The notes beneath the pieces are model-generated. The model worked only from the letters and a program-made list of their open reading frames with translations, was not told the origin of the DNA and made no database searches. A DNA stretch of 24,000 bases from Mycobacteriales bacterium (GTDB lineage Bacteria; Actinomycetota; Actinomycetes; Mycobacteriales; CAJCIY01). The stretch is taken from positions 1 through 24,000 of the forward strand of contig DASYGP010000128.1 in NCBI GenBank assembly GCA_035999615.1, written 5' to 3'. Made by a program: the position numbers and the translations under genes. Position 1 is the first letter of the stretch; every line of letters starts with the position of its first letter. Below, one piece after another: positions 1-6,263 of the stretch.

Positions 1-306
1 CTGTTCCTGGACGGGGAGTTGGAGCCGCACCTCGAGCTGTCGCACCACCCGCTGCACAAGGGCAAGACCTACAACGAAGTGGTCGGGGATGCGGCTCGGG
101 TCAAGTTGGGCCGGAAAAAATGGAGCGGGCACGTCGAGGAGGCCATCGACGCCGTCCAGGCGTTGATCTTCTATGACCGGCTCTACATCGGAGGCGGCAA
201 TGCCGCGAAGCTGACCGGCGCCGTGGCATCTCGCGGGACGCTCGTGCCCAACGCGGACGGCATCCTCGGCGGCGCGAAGCTGTGGTCGTTGACCCGGATG
301 CCCTGA
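1..306 (+). CDS. ROK-family (polyphosphate glucokinase-like) protein, C-terminal fragment; 5' end lies outside the window
   Basis: Frame 1 is open from base 1 to TGA 304-306. The tail (...FYDRLYIGGGNAAKL...ILGGAKLW) resembles the C-terminal part of ROK-type kinases. Recognised by eye only. Confidence 0.5.
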   Translation: MFLDGELEPHLELSHHPLHKGKTYNEVVGDAARVKLGRKKWSGHVEEAIDAVQALIFYDRLYIGGGNAAKLTGAVASRGTLVPNADGILGGAKLWSLTRMP

Positions 307-321
307 GCCGGCCCCGATCCG

Positions 322-1188
322 ATGCCTGAGCTACCGGAAGTCGAATCGCTGGTCCGCTTCCTTCGCCAGCGCGCGGTCGGTCAGGCCGTGGCAGACATCC
401 AAGTGTCGGCCGTATCCGTGCTCAAGACCTACGACCCGCCGCTGTCGGCGCTGGCCGGATCGCTGTGCACAGACGTCCTGCGCCGGGGCAAGTTCCTCGA
501 TCTCGACATCGACGGGCTGCACCTGATCATCCATCTGGCGCGCGCCGGCTGGTTGCGGTGGACCGACCCCATCTCCACCTCGGCGCTGCGCCCCGGCGGC
601 AAGTCGCCGATCGCCTTTCGGGTGCGCTTCGGGGACGGCGCCGGCTTCGACCTCACCGAGGCGGGCACCCGCAAGGGGCTCGCCGTCTACCTCGTGCGCG
701 ACCCGGCGCAGGTCCCCGGGGTAGCCCGGCTCGGGATCGACGTACTCAGCGCGGCGTTTACCGAGCAAGCGCTGGCCGAACTGCTCAAGGCTGCCGGCAG
801 CGCCCGGCTCAAGGGCGTTCTCACCGACCAGACCGTCCTCGCGGGAGTCGGAAACGCCTACAGCGACGAGGTCCTCTGGGCGGTCGGCATGTCACCGTTC
901 ACCCCCGCGAGCAGTGTCCGCCCAGAACAGGTCGCCGCCCTGCACAAGGCGCTGACCCGGCTGCTCAACGAGGCCATCCAACGCTCGGCGGGGTTGGCGG
1001 CCAACTCCCTCAAGGCGGAGAAGAAGGCCGGCCTGGCGGTCCACGGTCGCACCAACCTGCCCTGCCCGCGGTGCGGCGGCAACATCCGGGAGATCGCGTT
1101 CGCGGACAAGTCGTGGCAGTACTGCCCGACCTGTCAGACCGGTGGAAAGGTGCTGGCCGACCGCCGCCTGTCCAGGTTGCTCAAATGA
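322..1188 (+). CDS. Fpg/Nei-family DNA glycosylase / AP lyase
   Basis: 288 aa with N-terminal MPELPEVE (catalytic Pro2/Glu3 signature) and a C-terminal zinc finger CPRCGG...CPTCQ. Stop TGA at 1186-1188. Confidence 0.9.
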   Translation: MPELPEVESLVRFLRQRAVGQAVADIQVSAVSVLKTYDPPLSALAGSLCTDVLRRGKFLDLDIDGLHLIIHLARAGWLRWTDPISTSALRPGGKSPIAFRVRFGDGAGFDLTEAGTRKGLAVYLVRDPAQVPGVARLGIDVLSAAFTEQALAELLKAAGSARLKGVLTDQTVLAGVGNAYSDEVLWAVGMSPFTPASSVRPEQVAALHKALTRLLNEAIQRSAGLAANSLKAEKKAGLAVHGRTNLPCPRCGGNIREIAFADKSWQYCPTCQTGGKVLADRRLSRLLK

Positions 1189-1919
1189 GTGCCGATGCGC
1201 CGGCGGTGTTCCTACGCGCGGCGGCGGCGCTGTGCCTCGCCTCCGACGGGATGCTGGAGCGCCACGGGGTACTGCTGGCCGGACGACCCGAGGAAGTATC
1301 CGGCTCCCGGAACCACGTGGCGGGGCTGCATGACGTCGGCGGGGACGTCTTCGCCCGGCTGCGCAGCGGCCGGGCCACTCAGCTGGATGACGTGGAGACC
1401 TTGCTGCAGGCGGCCCGGGAAGCGGAGAGCGTCACCCGAGCCGAGGACGCCGCTCCGCACGATGGGGAGCAAGACCCGGTGACCGGACTCGGCGGGCTGG
1501 GGCTGTGGGAACGGTTCATGGCGGCGGAAAGCGCGCGCTGCCGCCAATTCGCCCATCCGTGCACCGTGCTCGTCGCCGACATCCCCCGCTCGTCACATCC
1601 ACCCGATCCGGATGGGGAGAACCGCCGGGCCCAACGTGCCGCACAGGGGCTGCGGCGATCGCTTCGGGGGCACGACCTGCTGTGCCGGCTGCGGCCAACG
1701 CTGTTCGCCATCCTCGCGATCGAGTGCGGAACGGCCGGCGCCGAGCTGCTCGGAACGCGGGTGCGAGCCGCCCTTCTGGACGTGGGGTTGGCGTCCGCGC
1801 TGGGGAGCGCGGTCCATGACCCCACCGTTCCGGGCGCCGGGTTCGGTGCCGTCCTGCTCGACGCTGCGCTCCAGCGCATGCGCGCCGATCGGGAGCGGCA
1901 GCGGGTCCTTCCGCTGTGA
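1185..1919 (+). CDS. Degenerate GGDEF-domain protein (GGDEF replaced by RPTLF, RxxD I-site retained)
   Basis: The ATG at 1185 overlaps the glycosylase stop (ATGA). The C-terminal half follows the GGDEF-domain pattern: DPVTGL...TVLVADI...RGHD-LLCRL-RPTLF-AILA...LLDAALQRMRADRERQ. The N-terminal ~100 aa are unassigned. The ORF-track entry 465..1919 is this frame with a spurious upstream extension. Confidence 0.6.
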   Translation: MSADAPAVFLRAAAALCLASDGMLERHGVLLAGRPEEVSGSRNHVAGLHDVGGDVFARLRSGRATQLDDVETLLQAAREAESVTRAEDAAPHDGEQDPVTGLGGLGLWERFMAAESARCRQFAHPCTVLVADIPRSSHPPDPDGENRRAQRAAQGLRRSLRGHDLLCRLRPTLFAILAIECGTAGAELLGTRVRAALLDVGLASALGSAVHDPTVPGAGFGAVLLDAALQRMRADRERQRVLPL

Positions 1920-1930
1920 CCCGTCCACGT

Positions 1931-2051
1931 GGTGCACGGCTGGTGCAGGGCGGGTGCACGGCCGGTGCAGGGCCGGTGCAGGGCGGGTGCACGGCCGGTG
2001 CAGGGCCGGTGCACGGCTGGTGCACGGCTGGTGCAGGGCCGGTGCACGGCT
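1931..2051. repeat. Tandem array, 11 copies of the 11-bp unit GGTGCA(C/G)GGC(C/G/T)
   Basis: Counted directly: units start at 1931, 1942, ... 2041 with no spacers. The 33-bp block 1942-1974 is repeated exactly at 1975-2007. The array is flanked by CGTCCAC at 1922-1928 and 2052-2058. Confidence 0.95.
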
Positions 2052-2085
2052 CGTCCACACCCGAGAGGAGGCGGTCGGGTGTGAG

Positions 2086-2652
2086 ATGGTCGGGATCGTG
2101 ACCACCCCGGCTACCGACGTCCGTTCGGCGCTTGCCGACCTGGTCCGGACCGAAGCGGTGGTCCGCGGTCAGGTGACCCTCTCTTCGGGGCGCAGCGCGG
2201 ACTGGTATCTGGATCTGCGGCGGATCACCCTCTCCGGGCGGGCCGCACCGTTGGTCGGTGCGGTGATGCTTGAGCTCACCGCCGATCTAGACTTCGCCTG
2301 CGTCGGCGGCCTCACGATGGGCGCGGACCCGGTGGCCGCCGCGATGGTGCATGCGGCGGCGCAGCAGGGGCGCCTGCTGGACGGGTTCGTCGTCCGCAAG
2401 GAGGCCAAGGCGCACGGCCTGCAGCGGCGGATCGAAGGCCCGGACGTGAGCGGTCGGCGCTGCCTGATCGTGGAGGACACCTCCACCACCGGCGGCTCCC
2501 CGCTCACCGCCGCGGAGGCAGTCCGCGAAGCCGGCGGGTTCGTCGTCGCGGTGGCGACCATCGCCGATCGCGACACCGGCGCGGCCCAGGTCTTCGCCGA
2601 CGCCGGCCTTGCCTACCGCTTCGCCTATGGCCTGGCGGACCTCGGGATCTAG
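2086..2652 (+). CDS. pyrE: Orotate phosphoribosyltransferase
   Basis: The translation carries the PRPP-binding loop LIVEDTSTTGGS and the typical PyrE N-terminus (FTLSSGRSADWYLDLR-type). GAGAGGAGG at 2063-2071 precedes ATG 2086, and GTG 2098 is an alternative start. Stop TAG at 2650-2652. Confidence 0.9.
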   Translation: MVGIVTTPATDVRSALADLVRTEAVVRGQVTLSSGRSADWYLDLRRITLSGRAAPLVGAVMLELTADLDFACVGGLTMGADPVAAAMVHAAAQQGRLLDGFVVRKEAKAHGLQRRIEGPDVSGRRCLIVEDTSTTGGSPLTAAEAVREAGGFVVAVATIADRDTGAAQVFADAGLAYRFAYGLADLGI

Positions 2653-2726
2653 CCCGACCCCGATCCGTTGGTAGACGGCCCAGACCGTCCCGGCCGCAGG
2701 CAAAAGGGAGCGGCGTTCGGCTCGAA

Positions 2727-2758
2727 GGCCCCGGCCGGGCAGCGTCCCCGGCTTGGCC
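2727..2758 (+). terminator. Possible pyrE terminator hairpin (GC-rich stem, only a TT tail)
   Basis: GCCGGG (2734-2739) pairs with CCCGGC (2747-2752) around a 7-nt loop. Flanking GGCC segments could extend the stem. There is no clear U-tract. Confidence 0.3.
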
Positions 2759-2769
2759 GGCCGGCGTTC

Positions 2770-2828
2770 GTGATCATGCAAGTTTGGTCGTAAAAATCGC
2801 GAATTCACGACCAAAGTTGCATGATCAC
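2770..2828. repeat. AT-rich inverted repeat: 22-bp arms (one mismatch) around a 15-nt loop
   Basis: GTGATCATGCAAGTTTGGTCGT (2770-2791) faces ACGACCAAAGTTGCATGATCAC (2807-2828). The loop is AAAAATCGCGAATTC. I counted 25/59 G+C (42%). Confidence 0.9.
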
Positions 2829-2921
2829 CGGGAGGGGTCACGGAGGGTCGCGGGAACCGTGACGCAGGGTTCACCTGGGGGACTTGGGGCGAAGTTAGGG
2901 CGGCCGCTGGGCCGCGTGGGG

Positions 2922-2994
2922 GGCGCGTAAGAGGCGTAGAGGCGCAAGGGGCGCAAGGGGCGTAAAGGGCGCAAGCGGCGTAAGAGGCGGAACG
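2922..2994. repeat. Degenerate tandem repeat, about 8 copies of the 9-bp unit GGCG(C/T)AAGR
   Basis: Read directly: GGCGCGTAAGA GGCGTAGA GGCGCAAGG GGCGCAAGG GGCGTAAAG GGCGCAAGC GGCGTAAGA GGCGGAACG. It lies between the convergent pyrE and dedA 3' ends. Confidence 0.8.
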
Positions 2995-3018
2995 GGATCT
3001 AAGCCCGGGCCGGGATTG

Positions 3019-3657
3019 CTAGCGGCTGACCCGGGAGCGGCGGTGCCGACGGACCTCCAGCAAGATCGGCATCAGCGACAGCACGATGATCAGGAACGTG
3101 ATCGGCAGGATGTAGGTGTCGATGCTGATGCTGGCGCCGAGCGCGTAGCCCAGCAGCGTCACCCCCAGCGACCACACCAGGCCGCCGGCGACGTTCGCCG
3201 CCGCGAACTTCGCCGCCGGCATCTGGACGGTGCCCATCATCGGGTTGATGAACGTGCGGACGATCGGGATGACCCGGGCCAGCAACACGGCCTTGGTCTC
3301 GCCGTATTTTTCCATCACCGCCCGCGTTCGCTCCACATACGCGGGCTTGAACAGGCGCGACTCGGGCTTGTCGAACAGCCGTGGCCCCACCCGCCGCCCG
3401 ATCAGGTATCCCGTTTGGCCGCCGAGCACCGCGGCGATCGCCACACCGGGCAGCAGCAGGCCCAGGTTGAGGTGCGGCACTCCCGCCTTGCTGGTGGCTG
3501 CGTAGGCACCGGCCAGGAACAGCAACGAGTCGCCCGGCAGGAAAAAACCGATCAGCAGGCCGGTTTCGGCGAAGATGATCAGCCAGACACCAACCAACCC
3601 AAAGTGGTCGATATACGGCGTGGGGCTCAGCAGGCCACCACTTGCGAGAGTCATCAC
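3019..3657 (-). CDS. DedA/VTT-family integral membrane protein
   Basis: 212 aa, multi-pass hydrophobic, with the DedA signature region FAETGLLIGFFLPGDSLLF...GRR.GP.LF. GGAG precedes the ATG. Confidence 0.9.
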   Translation of the reverse strand: MMTLASGGLLSPTPYIDHFGLVGVWLIIFAETGLLIGFFLPGDSLLFLAGAYAATSKAGVPHLNLGLLLPGVAIAAVLGGQTGYLIGRRVGPRLFDKPESRLFKPAYVERTRAVMEKYGETKAVLLARVIPIVRTFINPMMGTVQMPAAKFAAANVAGGLVWSLGVTLLGYALGASISIDTYILPITFLIIVLSLMPILLEVRRHRRSRVSR

Positions 3658-3709
3658 ATCTCCGTCAGCTCGGATCGGGTGGAACAGGTCACTCGGTAAA
3701 ACGACACAC

Positions 3710-4654
3710 TCACGGGTGCCCTATCTGGGCGGCGTCCCGGGCGTGATCAAACACGCTGTGCACGCCGTGGGCGGCGAGCACCGTCGCCACGACCGTGACG
3801 GCCAGCACCAGGACGAGGCCGAGCACCGGCCAGCGGCGGGTCCGTGGCACAGGAACCAGCAGCGACTGGACCCGTACCCCGACTGCGTCGTGGGCAAAGC
3901 CCGCTGCGGCGGGCAATGCGAGGTGACCGCGGGCGGCGAGCGCCGCCCGGCACAACGCGCGGGCCACCACCAGGCGGTCTCCGCATACCCGCGCGGCGCG
4001 CTCATCGGCGGCCCGCTCGGTGGTGAGCCGGACCAGAGCGGGCAGCCGATGCAACATCGGGTCCGCCCGCGCCGCCAGCACGGTCGCTGCCCGGATCAGG
4101 TGATGCCGGCCGGCCAGGTGCGCCTGTTCATGGGCCAGGACAGCGGCGCGCTCGGCGTCGTCAAGAAGCGCCAACAGCCCGGTCGAGACGGCCACCCGCC
4201 CGCGGGTCACGCCCCCCACTGCGTAGGCGAACGGGATCGGGTCGGGCAGCACGACAAGGGCGGGCCCCGCGGTCCGGGCGCCCCGCTCCGCGTGCCACAG
4301 CGCGTGCCCGCAGCTGACCACCCGCGGCGCAACCGCGGCGAGCAATCCGACCAGGAGCAATCCTGCGGCGCTACCGACCCAGACCGGAGGGGGGTGCGCG
4401 GCGGCCACGGCGCCCGACGACCAGCGGCCGAGGTGCGCGGCCACCGACAGCGCGCCCAAACCCGACATGGTCAGCAGCGCCAGTGACACCAGCGCGCAGC
4501 CGGCGCAGGTGACCGATCCGGAGACGAGCACTCGAGCGGCCAGCTCCGGGGAAAGCGACCTGACCAGCCAGGGCGCCGCCACGGCGAGCAGCACCGAGGC
4601 GCCCAGTCCGGGAACCAGCAACAGCCAGATCGACCAGCTGGAGATCGAGCTCAC
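3710..4654 (-). CDS. M56-family (BlaR1-type) membrane zinc metalloprotease, short form without a penicillin-binding sensor domain
   Basis: 314 aa with several TM segments and the HExxH motif (LAHEQAHLAGRHH). The GTG start at 4654 overlaps the stop of the upstream repressor (GTGA). Confidence 0.85.
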   Translation of the reverse strand: MSSISSWSIWLLLVPGLGASVLLAVAAPWLVRSLSPELAARVLVSGSVTCAGCALVSLALLTMSGLGALSVAAHLGRWSSGAVAAAHPPPVWVGSAAGLLLVGLLAAVAPRVVSCGHALWHAERGARTAGPALVVLPDPIPFAYAVGGVTRGRVAVSTGLLALLDDAERAAVLAHEQAHLAGRHHLIRAATVLAARADPMLHRLPALVRLTTERAADERAARVCGDRLVVARALCRAALAARGHLALPAAAGFAHDAVGVRVQSLLVPVPRTRRWPVLGLVLVLAVTVVATVLAAHGVHSVFDHARDAAQIGHP

Positions 4655-5163
4655 GGGCCGTCCTGGCCCCGGCCGACGTCGGCCAACGCCCGGGCCAGCA
4701 GCTGCTCCTCTTCCGGCGAGAGCGTGGCGACGAAGGAGCTGAGAACGAGTTGTCGACCCGGCCCCTGGCCGAGGAGGGCACGCATGTGGTCAGCTGCGGC
4801 CTGCGCGGCTGAGGCGGTGGGGCGGTAGGCGAAGGCCCGCCCACGCGGCTCGCGTACGACCTGACCCTTGGCCAGCAGCCGCCGGAGCGTGGTCAGCACC
4901 GAGGTGTAGGCCAACGGCTGGCCGCCACGTTCGAGCGCCGCCTGCACCTGCGCGGGAATCAACCCCGCGTCACGCTCGGGGCCGGGCACCGCCGGCGCCG
5001 GGCCGGCTGAGCCCGGATCCGCGGGTTCGGCCGCCGTGGGGGCCGCTGCCGCCGTGAGGGCCGCTGCCGCCGTGGGGGCCTCGGCCGCCGCGGGGGCCGC
5101 GTGCGCCCACAGCGTGGCTAGCACCGCGGCCTCCAGCTCACCCGGGCCACGGCGCTCGACCAT
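4651..5163 (-). CDS. BlaI/MecI/CopY-family winged-helix transcriptional repressor with an internal Ala/Pro-rich insertion
   Basis: GELEAAVLATLW ... LAYTSVLTTLRRLLAKGQVVREPRGRAFAYRP matches the Penicillinase_R-type wHTH. ATG 5163 is preferred over the TTG at 5196 used by the ORF track. Confidence 0.85.
   Translation of the reverse strand: MVERRGPGELEAAVLATLWAHAAPAAAEAPTAAAALTAAAAPTAAEPADPGSAGPAPAVPGPERDAGLIPAQVQAALERGGQPLAYTSVLTTLRRLLAKGQVVREPRGRAFAYRPTASAAQAAADHMRALLGQGPGRQLVLSSFVATLSPEEEQLLARALADVGRGQDGP
5023..5094. repeat. In-frame 18-bp tandem repeat (4 copies) inside the BlaI-type gene
   Basis: The units are GGGTTCGGCCGCCGTGGG, GGCCGCTGCCGCCGTGAG, GGCCGCTGCCGCCGTGGG and GGCCTCGGCCGCCGCGGG. 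On the minus strand they encode PAAAEA-PTAAAA-LTAAAA-PTAAEP. Confidence 0.85.
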
Positions 5164-5200
5164 CGCGCCGCCCGCTGCACTCGCCCGCACCCACAAACCG

Positions 5201-5216
5201 TACTACACGTGTAGTA
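5201..5216. promoter_or_regulatory. Perfect 16-bp palindrome TACTACACGTGTAGTA, candidate BlaI operator in the divergent blaI/uppP promoter region
   Basis: The sequence is self-complementary by inspection. It lies 38 bp upstream of the repressor ATG and 45 bp upstream of the uppP GTG, and contains a TACA..TGTA dyad. Confidence 0.55.
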
Positions 5217-5260
5217 GCCTCGGCGCTCGCCTGCTCCCTCGCCCGAAAGGCCTCCTTCGC

Positions 5261-6184
5261 GTGATCTCGTACCTGCAAGCGATCGTCATCGGGCTGCTGC
5301 AAGGGGTCACCGAGCTGTTCCCGGTGTCGAGCCTCGGGCACTCGGTCCTGGTGCCGGCCTGGATCGGGGGCAGCTGGGAACCGCTGGTCACCCAGTCGGC
5401 CACCGGGGCAAGTGACAAGAGCCCGTATCTGGCGTTCATCGTGGCCCTGCACGTCGCCACCGCCATTGCCTTGCTGATCTTCTTCTGGGATGTGTGGAAA
5501 CGCATCATCGTCGCCTTTGTGCAGAGCCTGGGCCCGTCCCTGCGCGAACGGCGGCTGGTGGCCGAGGACTCCTCGACCAGGCTTGCCTGGCTGATCGTTT
5601 TCGCCACGATTCCGGTCGGGATCACCGGATTACTCCTGGAACACACCTTTCGCACCCTGTTTGCCAAGCCACTGGCCGTGGCGATCTTCCTCACCATCAA
5701 CGGCGGGGTGCTGTACGCCGGGGAGCGGTTGCGGCGGCGCGCCGTCGTCGCCGTCACCACCGCCAGCGGCGAGATTGAGGAGACGGCCGCCGAAGGACGC
5801 CGCCAGGCCGAGCAGCTCGGCTACGCCGAGGTAGGGATCATCGGGTTCTTCCAGACCTTCGCGCTGCTGGCCGGGATCAGCCGCAGCGGCATCACGATGG
5901 TCGCCGGGTTGCTGCGCGGGCTGACGCACGAAGACGCCGCACGCTTCTCGTTCCTGCTCGCCACCCCAGTGATCTTCGCCGCCGGGTTGCTGAAAATACC
6001 GGTGCTAGTCGGGCCGGCCGGGAACGGCATCCACGGGCAGGTCATCGTGGGCGCACTCGTCGCCGGCGTGGGCGCCTACCTCTCGGTCCGCTTCCTGGTG
6101 CGCTGGTTCGAGACCCGCACGCTCACGCCCTTCGCCATCTACTGCCTGATCGCCGGGGTGGCCAGCATCATTCGTTTCGCCTGA
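5261..6184 (+). CDS. uppP: Undecaprenyl-diphosphate phosphatase (BacA/UppP)
   Basis: The GTG-initiated protein ISYLQAIVIGLLQGVTELFPVSSLGH... carries both conserved UppP motifs (E-x-FPVSS-x-GH near the N-terminus; ISRSGITM later). The ORF-track entry 5036..6184 has a spurious 5' extension. Confidence 0.9.
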   Translation: MISYLQAIVIGLLQGVTELFPVSSLGHSVLVPAWIGGSWEPLVTQSATGASDKSPYLAFIVALHVATAIALLIFFWDVWKRIIVAFVQSLGPSLRERRLVAEDSSTRLAWLIVFATIPVGITGLLLEHTFRTLFAKPLAVAIFLTINGGVLYAGERLRRRAVVAVTTASGEIEETAAEGRRQAEQLGYAEVGIIGFFQTFALLAGISRSGITMVAGLLRGLTHEDAARFSFLLATPVIFAAGLLKIPVLVGPAGNGIHGQVIVGALVAGVGAYLSVRFLVRWFETRTLTPFAIYCLIAGVASIIRFA

Positions 6185-6208
6185 CCCTCCCTGCCTGTCC
6201 CGGGAGGG
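6185..6208 (+). terminator. Possible uppP terminator hairpin
   Basis: CCCTCCC (6185-6191) pairs with GGGAGGG (6202-6208) across a 10-nt loop immediately after the uppP stop. There is no U-tract. Confidence 0.35.
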
Positions 6209-6263
6209 ATACTGCGGCGGACGAGCAGCCCGCTGATCTCATCGACGCCGCCAGGAGGAACCG

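Noticed and set aside
465-1184. Upstream part of the 484-aa ORF 465..1919
   Set aside because: It is out of frame within the Fpg/Nei gene and has Arg/Pro-rich nonsense composition. The real gene starts at the ATG (1185) overlapping the glycosylase stop.
1379-2105. Several ORFs on both strands with periodic peptides (for example CTGRAPALHRP repeats) across 1931-2051
   Set aside because: These are artefacts of translating an 11-bp tandem repeat. Eleven is not divisible by three, so every frame shows a 33-bp periodic peptide. No start or SD context supports them.
1931-2994. Possible CRISPR arrays (repeat tracts at 1931-2051 and 2922-2994)
   Set aside because: The units are only 9-11 bp and directly abutting, with no spacers, and no cas genes are present. 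They are simple tandem repeats, not CRISPR.
3016-3699. 227-aa plus-strand ORF
   Set aside because: It is antisense to the DedA membrane protein gene. The highly charged Arg/Asp/Gln composition is inconsistent with a real protein here.
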